Counted from the stretch's first letter, positions 17,463-27,497 are shown. The stretch is DNA of 64,000 nucleotides from Elusimicrobiota bacterium (GCA_027452025.1 DAIDHI010000044.1:1493-65492); one strand, 5' to 3'. Notes: generated from the sequence alone by a model not told the origin. Program-made: numbers and translations.

Positions 17463-18767
17463 GTGCCGCAGCGCAATATCCGCGTGGCCGTGGCGGGCCT
17501 CGGCGTCGTCGGCCGAGAGACCGTGCGGCTGCTGCAAGAGCGCGCGCCCCGCTTGTCGCGGCGATTGGGCGCGGAGCTGACCCTCGACGCCGTCTGCGAC
17601 CGGCAGGTCGCGCGCGAGGCCCGCGCCTTGAAGCTGCCCGGCTGCGTCTTCAAGACCCGCGACCCGCAGGCCCTCCTCTCGCGCCCCGGCCTCGACGTGA
17701 TCGTCGAGGTCCTGGGCGGCCTCGAGGACGCGCGCCGGCTCGTCGTCGGCGCGCTGGCCGGCGGCCGCCACGTGGTCACGGCCAACAAGCTCCTCTTGTC
17801 GCGCCGCTGGCCCGCCCTCCAGGCCGCGCGCAGGCACGGCGCGCGCCTCCGCTTCGAGGCCGCCGTGGGCGGCGCCATTCCCATCGTCCAGTCTCTCGGC
17901 GAGAGCCTCTGCGCCGACCGCGTCGAAGCCGTCTACGGCATCTTGAACGGCACGACCAACTACATCCTGACGCGCGTCGAGGAGGGCCTGACTCCCGAGG
18001 CGGCGCTTTCCGAGGCGCAGGCGCTGGGCTTTGCCGAGAAAGACCCGCGCCTGGACCTGTCGGGACAGGACACCGCCCAGAAGGTGAGCGTGCTCGCCGC
18101 AGTCCTCACCGGCGCCTGGCTCGACCCGCGGCGCATCCCCTGCCGGGGCATCGAGGGCCTGGGCGCCGAGGACGTGGCCTTCGCCCGCGAGGAGCTGGGC
18201 CGCGCGCCGCGGCTGCTCGGCGCCCTGCGCCTGGACTGGTCCGGCGACCCGCGCGTCGAGGCCCACGTCTTTCCAACGCTGGTGCCGCTGTCCCATCCGC
18301 TGGCCGCCGTGCGCCGGCAGCGCAACGCCGTGCTCGTGCGCGCCGACCCGGCCGGCGACCTGCTCTTCGAGGGCCCGGGCGCCGGGGCCGGCCCCACGGC
18401 CAGCGCCGTCGTCGGCGACGTCTTCCTGCTCGCCCGCGAGCTGCTGGGCGCCGCTTCGCCCGAGAGCCCGGCCGCCGCGCCGGCCGAGCTTGCGCCGGCC
18501 GAGGACTCGGTCTCGCCCTTCTACCTGCGCTTGCGCGCCATGGACCGTCCCGGCGTGCTCGCGCGCGTGGCCCAGGCGCTGGGCCGCCGCGGCATCTCGA
18601 TCGCCTCGATCCACCAGCCCCAGTCCGGCGGCCGCGCGCTCTGGGCGCAGGTCGTCCTGACCACGCATCCGGCGGCCCAGGGCCGCTTCGACGACGCCCT
18701 GGCGGACATCCTGCGGATCCCTTCCATCTCGCCGCGCCACGCCGTCTTGAGGATGCTCGATGCGTAG
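17463..18767 (+). CDS. hom: Homoserine dehydrogenase (with C-terminal ACT domain)
   Basis: N-terminal NAD fold VAVAGLGVVG and an ACT domain at the C-terminus; GTG start. Confidence 0.9.
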   Translation: MPQRNIRVAVAGLGVVGRETVRLLQERAPRLSRRLGAELTLDAVCDRQVAREARALKLPGCVFKTRDPQALLSRPGLDVIVEVLGGLEDARRLVVGALAGGRHVVTANKLLLSRRWPALQAARRHGARLRFEAAVGGAIPIVQSLGESLCADRVEAVYGILNGTTNYILTRVEEGLTPEAALSEAQALGFAEKDPRLDLSGQDTAQKVSVLAAVLTGAWLDPRRIPCRGIEGLGAEDVAFAREELGRAPRLLGALRLDWSGDPRVEAHVFPTLVPLSHPLAAVRRQRNAVLVRADPAGDLLFEGPGAGAGPTASAVVGDVFLLARELLGAASPESPAAAPAELAPAEDSVSPFYLRLRAMDRPGVLARVAQALGRRGISIASIHQPQSGGRALWAQVVLTTHPAAQGRFDDALADILRIPSISPRHAVLRMLDA

Positions 18768-19782
18768 GCCGCTGCTCGAGCGCTTCAGGCAGCGCCTGAG
18801 CCTTCCCGCGGGCCTTTCGATCGTCAGCCTCGGCGAGGGCGCCACGCCCTTGGTGCGCGCCGACCGCCTGGCGCGCGCCTGCGGCCTGGAGGAGGGCTCC
18901 GTCCACCTCAAGTGCGAGGGCGCCAACCCCACGGGCTCCTTCAAGGACCGCGGCATGACCCTGGCGATCTCCAAGGCGCTGTCTTGCGGCGCCAAGGGAG
19001 TGCTGTGCGCCTCCACGGGCAACACGGCCGCCTCCGCCGCCGCCTACGCCGCCCGCGCCGGCCTGCCCTGCGCCGTCTTTTTGCCCGAGGGGCACGTCGC
19101 GCTCGGCAAGCTCGCTCAGGCGCTCATGCACGGCGCCCGCGTCATCCAGGTGGCCGGCAGCTTCGACGACGCCCTCGCGCTCGCGCTTCGCACCGCCAAG
19201 GAGCGCGGCTGGACCGTGGTCAACTCCTCCAACCCCGACCGCCTCGAGGGCCAGAAGACGGCGGCCTTCGAAATCGCCGAGGAGCTCGGCCGCGCCCCCG
19301 ACCACCAGTTCATGCCCGTCGGCAACGCCGGCAACATCACGGCCTACTGGCGCGGCTACCGCGAGCTCGGCGGCGTCTTGCCGCGCATGATGGGCTTCCA
19401 GGCCGCCGGCGCGGCGCCCCTGGTGCTCGGGCGCGTCGTCGCCAAGCCCAAGACGGTCGCCACGGCCATCCGCATCGGCAACCCCGTCTCGCGCGAGGGC
19501 GCCCTGCGCGCCCGCGACGAGTCCGGCGGCGCCATCGGCAAGGTCGCCGACGCCCAGATCCTGTCGGCCTACCGCTTCCTCGCGCGCGAGGAAGGAGTCT
19601 TTTGCGAGCCCTCGAGCGCGGCCGGAGTGGCCGGCTTGATCTCCCTGTGCCGGGCCCGCAAGCAGCCCCGCGGCGTCGTCGTCTGCATCCTCACCGGCCA
19701 CGGCCTCAAGGACCCGCAGACCCCGCTCACATTCAAGTTCAAGCCGCAGCGCGTCAAGGCCGCGGGCGCGGTCAGGTTATGA
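18760..19782 (+). CDS. thrC: Threonine synthase
   Basis: PLP lysine motif NPTGSFKDRG; 8-nt overlap with hom. Confidence 0.92.
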   Translation: MRRPLLERFRQRLSLPAGLSIVSLGEGATPLVRADRLARACGLEEGSVHLKCEGANPTGSFKDRGMTLAISKALSCGAKGVLCASTGNTAASAAAYAARAGLPCAVFLPEGHVALGKLAQALMHGARVIQVAGSFDDALALALRTAKERGWTVVNSSNPDRLEGQKTAAFEIAEELGRAPDHQFMPVGNAGNITAYWRGYRELGGVLPRMMGFQAAGAAPLVLGRVVAKPKTVATAIRIGNPVSREGALRARDESGGAIGKVADAQILSAYRFLAREEGVFCEPSSAAGVAGLISLCRARKQPRGVVVCILTGHGLKDPQTPLTFKFKPQRVKAAGAVRL

Positions 19783-20687
19783 AGAAGGTCCGCGTCAGCG
19801 TCCCGGCCACGACGAGCAATCTCGGCCCCGCCTTCGACTGCGCGGGGCTGGCGCTGTCGCTGCGCAACGAGCTCGTCGCGGAACTGCGCGAGGAGAAGGG
19901 CGAGCCGCTGATCGAGGCCTCCGGCGAGGGCGAAGCCTCGCTTCCCAAGGACGCCGCCAACCTCATGATCAAGGCCGCGCGGACGCTGGGCGACTATCCG
20001 GGCCGCCTGGTCTTCTCCGCCGTCAACCGCATCCCTCTGGCGCGCGGCCTGGGCTCCAGCGCCGCCGCCGCCGTGGCCGGTCTCTTCGCCGGCCGGGCCC
20101 TGCTCGGCGCCAAGCTCAGCGACGAGGACCTGCTGCAATACGCCGCCGCCCTCGAGGGCCATCCCGACAACGCCGCCCCGGCCGTGCTCGGCGGAGCCGT
20201 CCTCTCGGTCAAGGAGCGCGACCGCTACACCTTTCACAAGCTCAAGGTGCACTGGGACCTGGCCGCCGTCGTCTGCGTGCCCGATTTTCAACTCGCCACC
20301 CAAAAGGCGCGCGCGGCCGTACCGCGCACCGTCCTTTTGGAGAACGCCGTCGACAACGTCGGCCGGGCCATGCTCCTGGCCTCGGCGCTCTCCGAAGGCC
20401 GCTGGGACGAGCTCGGCCTGGCCATGGAAGACCGCCTGCACCAGGTCCACCGCGCGGCGCTCATCCCCGGCCTGCTCGAGGTGATCAAGGCCGCCCGCCA
20501 AGCCGGCCCCTGCGGCTGCGCGCTCTCCGGCGCCGGCCCGAGCGTGATCGCGCTCGCGCGCAAGGACGAGCCCGAGCTGCCCAAAATCGGCGAGGCCATG
20601 CGCCGCGCCTTCCAGGCCGCCGGCGTCAAGAGCCGCCTCCTCCACCTGTCCGTCGAGGCCAAGGGCGTGGAGGTCCGCCCGGCTTGA
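19779..20687 (+). CDS. thrB: Homoserine kinase
   Basis: GHMP kinase motif PLARGLGSSAAA; the ATG overlaps the thrC TGA (ATGA). Confidence 0.9.
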   Translation: MKKVRVSVPATTSNLGPAFDCAGLALSLRNELVAELREEKGEPLIEASGEGEASLPKDAANLMIKAARTLGDYPGRLVFSAVNRIPLARGLGSSAAAAVAGLFAGRALLGAKLSDEDLLQYAAALEGHPDNAAPAVLGGAVLSVKERDRYTFHKLKVHWDLAAVVCVPDFQLATQKARAAVPRTVLLENAVDNVGRAMLLASALSEGRWDELGLAMEDRLHQVHRAALIPGLLEVIKAARQAGPCGCALSGAGPSVIALARKDEPELPKIGEAMRRAFQAAGVKSRLLHLSVEAKGVEVRPA

Positions 20688-21904
20688 GGATCGCCGTCAT
20701 GAAGTTCGGCGGCACCTCCGTCGCCGACCCGGAGAAGATCCAGCGCGCCGCCGAGCGCGCCGTGGCCGAGAAGCACCGCGGCCGCGCCGTCGTGGTCGTG
20801 GTCTCCGCCCCGGGCGAGATGACGGACGAGCTGCTCACCTTGGCCGACCGCGTCGTGCCCGGCAAGAAGGACCCGCGCGAGCTCGATCAGCTGGTTTCGA
20901 CCGGCGAGCAGGTGGGCATCTCGCTCTTCGCGCTGGCCTGCCAGGCCCGCGGCGCCGCCGCCGTCTCGCTGACCGGCCCGCAGGCCGGCATCCACGCTTC
21001 CGGCCGCCCCACCCACGCCCAGGTCGAGCGCATCAAGACCAAGCGGCTGCTCTCGGAGCTGTCCGCCGGCAAGATCGTCGCCGTGGCCGGCTTCCAGGGC
21101 CTGACGCCGAACGGCGACGTCGCTACGCTTGGCCGCGGCGGCTCGGACCTGACCGCCGTGGCGCTGGCCTCGGCGCTCAAGACCGGCGTCTGCGAGATCT
21201 TCAGCGACGTCAAAGGCATCTACACCGCCGACCCGCGCATCGTCTTCGAGGCTCGCAAGCTCAAGGAAATCTCCTTCGAGGAGATGCTGGAGCTGGCCGG
21301 CGCCGGCGCGCAGGTCATGCAGGCGCGCTCCATCGAAGTCGCCGAGCGCTTCGGCGTGCGCATCCAGGTGCGCTCCGCCTTCCATCCGCAGGCCGGAACC
21401 TGGATCGTGCCCAAGGAGGACTCCGTGCTGGAAAAAGCCCAAGTGTCGGCCCTCGCCCTCGACAAAAGCGAGGTCCGCCTCTCGATCGTGGACGTCCCCG
21501 ACCGTCCAGGCGTGGCCGCGCAGGTCCTCTCCACCCTGTCCAACGCCGGCATCGCCGTGGACATGATCATCCAGTCCGCGCCCGCGGGCGGCAAGAACAA
21601 CATCTCCTTCATGACGCCTCGCGGCCTCGGCCACAAGGCCCAGCAGGCGCTTTCCGGCGTCGCCAAGCGCCTGGGCGCGCGCGTCGACCTGCACGAGCAC
21701 GTCGCCAAGGTCTCCGCCGTCGGCACGGGCTTTCGCCACCACCCCGAGATCGCCTCCACCATGTTCGACACGCTGGCCGAGCACAAGGTCAACATCCACA
21801 TGATCGCGGCCTCCGACCTGCGCATCTCCGTCGTCGTCGACGCCAAGCACGGCGAATCCGCCCTGCGGGCGCTGCACAAGGCCTACGGCCTGGGCCGCAG
21901 ATGA
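20684..21904 (+). CDS. lysC: Aspartate kinase (start TTG at 20684 or ATG at 20699)
   Basis: KFGGTSV N-terminus, kinase domain and two C-terminal ACT domains. Confidence 0.9.
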   Translation: MRIAVMKFGGTSVADPEKIQRAAERAVAEKHRGRAVVVVVSAPGEMTDELLTLADRVVPGKKDPRELDQLVSTGEQVGISLFALACQARGAAAVSLTGPQAGIHASGRPTHAQVERIKTKRLLSELSAGKIVAVAGFQGLTPNGDVATLGRGGSDLTAVALASALKTGVCEIFSDVKGIYTADPRIVFEARKLKEISFEEMLELAGAGAQVMQARSIEVAERFGVRIQVRSAFHPQAGTWIVPKEDSVLEKAQVSALALDKSEVRLSIVDVPDRPGVAAQVLSTLSNAGIAVDMIIQSAPAGGKNNISFMTPRGLGHKAQQALSGVAKRLGARVDLHEHVAKVSAVGTGFRHHPEIASTMFDTLAEHKVNIHMIAASDLRISVVVDAKHGESALRALHKAYGLGRR

Positions 21905-22413
21905 ACTTCGCCGCCCTCGACTTCGAGACGGCCGACTCGGGCGCCGACTCCGCCTGCCAGCTCGGCGTCGTTCGCGTCGAGGACGGCAGGATCGTCGCCC
22001 AGGAGAACCGCTACATCCGCCCGCCGCGCCAGACCTTCCTCTTCACCTACATCCACGGCATCACCTGGGAGCGCGTCGCGAAGGAAAAGACGTTCGCGCA
22101 GCTTTGGCCGGAGCTTTCGCCCCTCTTTGCCGGGACCGATTTTCTCGCCGCCCACAACGCCTCCTTCGATCGCCGCGTCCTCGAAACCTGCTGCGCCAAG
22201 GCCGGCCACGACATGCCGCCCGCGCCGTTTCTTTGCACCGTCAAGCTCGCGCGCCGGGCGTGGAACCTGCGCCCGACGAAGCTCCACAACGTCTGCGACC
22301 ACCTGGGCCTCAAGCTCAAGCACCACGACGCCCTCTCGGACGCCCTGGCCTGCGCGAACATCGTCCTGGCCGCCGAGCGCGAGGGCTTTCTGCTTCAACC
22401 GCTTCTTTCCTGA
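21901..22413 (+). CDS. DnaQ-like DEDDh 3'-5' exonuclease (DNA pol III epsilon-like), standalone
   Basis: Motifs ALDFETAD (Exo I), AHNASFD (Exo II) and HDALSDALA (Exo III). The ATG overlaps the lysC TGA. Confidence 0.8.
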   Translation: MNFAALDFETADSGADSACQLGVVRVEDGRIVAQENRYIRPPRQTFLFTYIHGITWERVAKEKTFAQLWPELSPLFAGTDFLAAHNASFDRRVLETCCAKAGHDMPPAPFLCTVKLARRAWNLRPTKLHNVCDHLGLKLKHHDALSDALACANIVLAAEREGFLLQPLLS

Positions 22414-22458
22414 GCGTCACGCCACCGGCGTGGACCGGAGCGGCCGCGGCCTGCGACA

Positions 22459-23676
22459 ATGTCTCGCGTGATCAACTCCGGCGACACGGCCTGGATGCTG
22501 ACGGCGACGTGCCTGGTCTTCCTCATGACGCCCGGCCTCTCCTTTTTCTACGGCGGGATGGTCAGCAAGAAGAACGTGATCTCGACGATGCTGCAGAGCT
22601 TCATTTGCCTCGGCGTTCTGAGCGTGGCCTGGGTCGTGGTGGGCTTTAGCCTCGCCTTCGGCCCGAGCGTCCACGGCCTCATCGGCAACCCGGCCGCCTA
22701 CGCCTTTTTCCGCCACGTGGGAGCCGCTCCCGACGCGAGGCTTGCGGCGACGATCCCGCTGGCGCTCTTCGCGATGTTCCAGCTCAAGTTCGCCGTCATC
22801 ACCCCGGCGCTCATCACGGGGTCCTTCGCCGAGCGCGTGAGGTTTTCGAGCTACGTCCTGTTCATCACGCTGTTCTCCCTGTTCATCTACTGTCCGCTGG
22901 CGCACTGGACGTGGAGCCCGGACGGCTTCCTGCACAAGTGGGGCGTCTTGGACTTCGCCGGAGGCACGGTTGTGCACGTCTCGGCGGGAGTGGCGGCTCT
23001 GGCGGGCGCCTTATACATCGGCCGGCGCAAAGTCCACGAGCGAAACGCGCCGACGGCTCCGTCGAACATCCCCTTCGTGCTGCTGGGCGCCGGGATGCTG
23101 TGGTTCGGGTGGTTCGGCTTTAATTGCGGCTCGGCCGGCGCGGCCAACGCCGTGGCGGTGCGGGCCTTCGTCAACACCAACACGGCCTCGGCGGCGGCGA
23201 TGCTCGCGTGGCTCGCCTTCGACTGGCTGCGCGGGCGAAAGCCTTCGGCGGTGGGAGCGGCCGTCGGCGCCGTCGGAGGCTTGGTGGCGATCACGCCCGC
23301 CGCGGGCTACGTGGAGGTCGGCCACAGCCTGGCGATCGGGCTGCTCGCAGGGGTCCTCATCAACGCCGCGGCGCACTGGAAGCAGCAGTCGACTTTGGAC
23401 GACACTTTGGATGTCTTTCCCTGCCACGGCGTGGGCGGCATCGTCGGCATGATCGCCACGGCCGTCTTTGCCGACAACGCTGGCCTCATCTACGGCTCGC
23501 CCAAGCTGCTGCTGACGCACCTGCTGGCGCTGTCGATCGTGATCGGCTACGTCTTCGGCGGGTCCTACGCGCTCTACGCCCTGACGGACGTGATCATTCC
23601 GCTGCGCGTGTCGGACCAAGAGGAAGAGACCGGGTTAGACCTCAGCCAGCACTCGGAGAGCTTGGAACCGGCGTAG
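22459..23676 (+). CDS. amt: Ammonium transporter
   Basis: Amt/MEP signature with 11 TM helices and a DFAGGTVVH motif. Confidence 0.92.
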   Translation: MSRVINSGDTAWMLTATCLVFLMTPGLSFFYGGMVSKKNVISTMLQSFICLGVLSVAWVVVGFSLAFGPSVHGLIGNPAAYAFFRHVGAAPDARLAATIPLALFAMFQLKFAVITPALITGSFAERVRFSSYVLFITLFSLFIYCPLAHWTWSPDGFLHKWGVLDFAGGTVVHVSAGVAALAGALYIGRRKVHERNAPTAPSNIPFVLLGAGMLWFGWFGFNCGSAGAANAVAVRAFVNTNTASAAAMLAWLAFDWLRGRKPSAVGAAVGAVGGLVAITPAAGYVEVGHSLAIGLLAGVLINAAAHWKQQSTLDDTLDVFPCHGVGGIVGMIATAVFADNAGLIYGSPKLLLTHLLALSIVIGYVFGGSYALYALTDVIIPLRVSDQEEETGLDLSQHSESLEPA

Positions 23677-23774
23677 CCGTTCAAGCGTCCTGGGCTCGGC
23701 GTAGGACTCTTAGCATTGCCCCGCTAGGCCCAAGGGCCCTGCTCCTTCCTTAGTATCCCGCCTATCCTAGCATC

Positions 23775-26321
23775 ATGAAACGCTTAATCTCTTTCGCGCT
23801 CGCCCTGACGATGCCCGTCGCCGCCTCGGCTAATTCCGCCCTCGAGGACCTCGCCCGGCAAAGCGGCTCCTCGACGAGCGGCATCACGAAAGAGCTCAAG
23901 AAGGTCCACCGGGACCTCTCCGGCCAGGCCAGCGCCCAGCAGCTGTTTTCGATCTCCAAGGACTCGACGACGGGCGATACCTACATCGAGCTGAAGGCCC
24001 AGCAGTTGGAAAAGCCCTACCTGCTCAGCGCCGAGATCGACGAGGGCAACTCCGAGGGCCTGCTGCCCGCGACGGACCTGGGAACCTTCGTCATCGCCTT
24101 TCATTGGAACGGCAAGAAGCTCGAAGTCGACCGCCACAGCATGACCTACCAGGCCAAGGCCGGCACGCCCGAGGCCAAGGCCCTCAAGGATTCCCTGCCC
24201 GACTCGATCCTGGCCGAGATCCCGGTCGAAGTCGACGCCAAGACGCAGACCATCCGCTTCAAGGCCAAGAGCCTCTTCATGCACGATCTCGCCAACCTGA
24301 CGGGGCTCATCGAGCAGTCGGGCGCGACGTCGGCGCTGGGCTCAATCGACGGCGGCGACAGCCGCATCGTCTCCCTGGCCGCCTACCCGACCAACGTCGA
24401 GGCCCAGGTGCGCCTGATTTTCACGCGCGGCGCCGGCACGCAGACGGCGCTGACCCCCGACCCGCGCGCCTACGCCATCCAGGTGCACTACAGCCTTTCC
24501 GACGTCCGCGGCGACGCCGATTACAAGAAGCGGATGAACGACTCCCGCATCGGCTACTTCACGCAGACCCACGTCGACTACACCAACCGCGACCTCCAGG
24601 AGCGCGGCTTGCCCGTCGAGACCGTCATCGAGCGCTGGAACCTTCAGAAGAAGGATCCCAAGGCCGCGGTCTCCGACGTCAAGAACCCCATCATCTACTG
24701 GATCGATTCGAGCGTGCCCAAGGCCTACCGGCCGGCGATCACGGCCGGAATCCTGGCCTGGAACCAGGCCTTCGATGCGATCGGGCTGCGCAACGCCATC
24801 ATCGTCAAGGACGTGGACAAGGACATGACGGCGGCGCAGAGGAAGGCCTACAACCCTTCCGACGCCAGCTACAACGTCGTGCGCTGGTTCTTCACGCCCG
24901 GCGGACCGGCCTTCGCCGAGTCCCAGACGCGCTCAAACCCCTCGACCGGCCAGATTTTCAACGGCAGCATCCGCGTCTCCGACGGCCTGCTGCGCGCGCT
25001 GACCCAGCAGCAGCTCGACCAATCCACCAGCGCCAAGGCCCCGGCCTCGGGCGCCAAGGGAGCCGCCGACCTTTGCGTGGACTTTACGAAGGAAGCCCAG
25101 CTTCAACTGGCGGCCGGCATCACGCAGCTCCAGGCCCAGGGCGCGAGCGCGGCGGAAAAGACCCGCTTCGTCAATGAATTCCTCACCTGGATGGCTTCTC
25201 ATGAGATGGGCCACAACCTCGGCCTGCGCCACAATTTCAAAGGAAGCGAATGGCTGACGCCCGCCCAGGTCGGCCAAAACGGCTACGAGACGGCGAGCGT
25301 GATGGACTACGTGGCGCCGAACATGAAGGCCGCCACCGATCCGAAAGAGACCTTCTTCCAGACCAAAGTCGGCCCCTACGACATGGCGGCCATCGCCGCC
25401 GGCTACGGCACCCACGCCCAGCGCGAGGCCGCGCTGGCGCAGACGGCGACCGACCCGGCGCTGGCCTACGGCACCGACGAGAACCGCGGCACCGATCCGG
25501 ACGTGCAGGTCTGGGACATCGGCAAGGGAGCGCTCTCCAACGCCGAGCGCCACGCCGAGATCGCGCAGAAGCTGTGGCAGAGCCTGCCGCAGGCCGTCGA
25601 CCAGGCGCGGCCGGACGATGGAGTGTCCCTGCGGCGGCGGCTGATCGTCGGATTTTCGGAGTATCATCAAGCCGTGGCCAACCTCGCCCCGGTCATCGGC
25701 GGCGTGAGGGCCACCAACGGCACTCCCGCGATCGGCCGGGACTCCTACACGCCGGTGCCGGCGACGGAGCAGCAGGCCGCGCTCAAGTTCTTCGAAGACC
25801 AGATCTTCTCGGACAAGAACTTCAAGATCGCCCCGTCGGTGATGCGCAAGCTCGGCGAGGAGAACGGCAGCGGGCTGGCCGGCTTCAACTCGCCGGTCGA
25901 CCTGCAGGCCCAGGTGGACAACCTGCGCATGGACGCCCTACAGAATCTCTACGCCACGCCCACCCTGGTCCGCCTAGACACCCGTCGGGAGATCGCCAAG
26001 CCCGGCGACTCGATCGGCCTCTACCAAGTGATGGGCGAGCTGCGGCACTCGATCTGGAGCGAGGTCGAGCGGCCGGTGCCGACGTCGATCTCCTCGGACC
26101 GCCGGGACCTGGAGCGCATGCAGCTGCAGATCCTGTCGCAGATCTACCTCAAGCAGGACGGCGACGAGAAGGACGCCGCGCTGCGCGACCTGGACCGCAT
26201 CCAGGCCGACGCGCGGCGGGCCCTGGCCAGCCGGCGCATCGACGCGCCGACGCGGGCCTTCCTCGAGGACGTGCGCGATCAGATCGCGCAGGTCAAGTCG
26301 CCGCTGGCGGCGTCGCGCTAG
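23775..26321 (+). CDS. Secreted zinc-dependent metalloprotease (zincin; large DUF4953-like family)
   Basis: Signal peptide; HEMGHNLGLRHN zinc-binding motif at about residue 470 in an 848-aa protein. Confidence 0.8.
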   Translation: MKRLISFALALTMPVAASANSALEDLARQSGSSTSGITKELKKVHRDLSGQASAQQLFSISKDSTTGDTYIELKAQQLEKPYLLSAEIDEGNSEGLLPATDLGTFVIAFHWNGKKLEVDRHSMTYQAKAGTPEAKALKDSLPDSILAEIPVEVDAKTQTIRFKAKSLFMHDLANLTGLIEQSGATSALGSIDGGDSRIVSLAAYPTNVEAQVRLIFTRGAGTQTALTPDPRAYAIQVHYSLSDVRGDADYKKRMNDSRIGYFTQTHVDYTNRDLQERGLPVETVIERWNLQKKDPKAAVSDVKNPIIYWIDSSVPKAYRPAITAGILAWNQAFDAIGLRNAIIVKDVDKDMTAAQRKAYNPSDASYNVVRWFFTPGGPAFAESQTRSNPSTGQIFNGSIRVSDGLLRALTQQQLDQSTSAKAPASGAKGAADLCVDFTKEAQLQLAAGITQLQAQGASAAEKTRFVNEFLTWMASHEMGHNLGLRHNFKGSEWLTPAQVGQNGYETASVMDYVAPNMKAATDPKETFFQTKVGPYDMAAIAAGYGTHAQREAALAQTATDPALAYGTDENRGTDPDVQVWDIGKGALSNAERHAEIAQKLWQSLPQAVDQARPDDGVSLRRRLIVGFSEYHQAVANLAPVIGGVRATNGTPAIGRDSYTPVPATEQQAALKFFEDQIFSDKNFKIAPSVMRKLGEENGSGLAGFNSPVDLQAQVDNLRMDALQNLYATPTLVRLDTRREIAKPGDSIGLYQVMGELRHSIWSEVERPVPTSISSDRRDLERMQLQILSQIYLKQDGDEKDAALRDLDRIQADARRALASRRIDAPTRAFLEDVRDQIAQVKSPLAASR

Positions 26322-26325
26322 GGCC

Positions 26326-27387
26326 TTAGCCCTTCTTCTTGTAGCCGGCCGGAATCTCGAAGCGCCCGGTGGGGACGCCGGCGACGCTGACGGAAGTCAC
26401 CTCGACGCGCGCCGAGAAGACCGGCTTGCCCAGTCCGTCGGGGCCCGAGCCGGAATCCATCTTGTGCGCGATGGCCTTCCTGGCCAGGCCGCCGAGGAAA
26501 CCCGCCACGGCCTCCTGCGCATTGCCGGCCGACAAGTCGTCGCCGGAGGAAGAGGCCTGCGAGGCCTGGGAGCCGGAGTTGGAGCTGGAAGCATACCAGC
26601 GCGTGTCGACGACGACGGGGAAGCCCTTGATCGTCGCGATCTTGTCGCGGAAGTCGGTCTGGGCCTTGGCCACGTCCTTGTGGCCCGCCGCCGTCATCAT
26701 GGCGAGCATGGACAGGCCGAAGGTGCGCGGGTCGCCGACGACGCCGAAGCCTTCCTTGGCGGCGTAGGCCTTGGCGAAGGACTCCTGCTCGGCGTCGGCC
26801 TTGCGCAGGTCGGACGTCCAGGGCGTCGTCCAGTAGTCGGCGAGCATGCGGTAATCGGAGGTCTGGCCGGACCGGGTGTCCTCGGTCTCCAGGCGGTAGG
26901 TGATGGCATATTTGCGCGCCGTGAAGTCGCCGAAGGTCTTGGTCTGGCCCGTGTCCTTGACGGAGAACTCCGTCTTCTTGATGACGGTCGTCGAGCGCGA
27001 GGACCCGCCGCCAGAAGAGCCGGGCTGCGAGCGCGCCTGCCGGGGCTCGCCTTTGGCCGGGGGCATGGAGATGGGCGTCTCGCGATAGGTCTTGTGCTTG
27101 GGATCGAGGGTCCAGCGCTTGTCGAGGTCGACGCGCTCGATGGTCACGGCCTCCTTGCCTTTCTTGCCGGAGAAAAACTTCAGAACCGCGCCCGTGAAGC
27201 GCTTCGCCTGGTCCTCGCGGGCCTTGAGGCCCGAGACCTGCCGGGTCTCGGTCGCCTGATAGGCGCCGATGCCGCGCAGGCCGCCGCTTTTGAGCGTCTC
27301 CTGCACGGTCACGTCGGCGGCGGCGAAGGTCGAGCACAGAAGCAGGGCCGGAACGACGAACGCGCGACAAAAAAGATGGCTTTTGGT
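26326..27387 (-). CDS. Secreted hypothetical protein
   Basis: Signal peptide MTKSHLFCRAFVVPALLLCSTFAAA and Ser/Gly-rich linkers. Convergent with the metalloprotease with a 4-nt gap. Confidence 0.6.
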   Translation of the reverse strand, partial: TKSHLFCRAFVVPALLLCSTFAAADVTVQETLKSGGLRGIGAYQATETRQVSGLKAREDQAKRFTGAVLKFFSGKKGKEAVTIERVDLDKRWTLDPKHKTYRETPISMPPAKGEPRQARSQPGSSGGGSSRSTTVIKKTEFSVKDTGQTKTFGDFTARKYAITYRLETEDTRSGQTSDYRMLADYWTTPWTSDLRKADAEQESFAKAYAAKEGFGVVGDPRTFGLSMLAMMTAAGHKDVAKAQTDFRDKIATIKGFPVVVDTRWYASSSNSGSQASQASSSGDDLSAGNAQEAVAGFLGGLARKAIAHKMDSGSGPDGLGKPVFSARVEVTSVSVAGVPTGRFEIPAGYKKKG

Positions 27388-27421
27388 CATGGGCGCGATC
27401 ATACCAGAAATAAACGCGGCC

Positions 27422-27450
27422 TTGACAGGTCCGAAGCGTCCTGTTATAGT
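27422..27450 (+). promoter_or_regulatory. Strong sigma-70 promoter consensus (TTGACA-17 bp-TATAGT) upstream of proC
   Basis: -35 TTGACA at 27422-27427, a 17-bp spacer, -10 TATAGT at 27445-27450. Confidence 0.6.
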
Positions 27451-27455
27451 AGCCC

Positions 27456-27497
27456 AGCGCCCGAACCGCCGAACGGGGTTCCGGGCTTTTTTATTTT
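27456..27497 (+). promoter_or_regulatory. Hairpin plus T-run (terminator-like) in the proC 5' leader, ending at the ATG; candidate attenuator
   Basis: gcccgaacc...ggttccgggc stem followed by ttttttatttt directly abutting the ATG at 27498. No SD. Confidence 0.4.
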
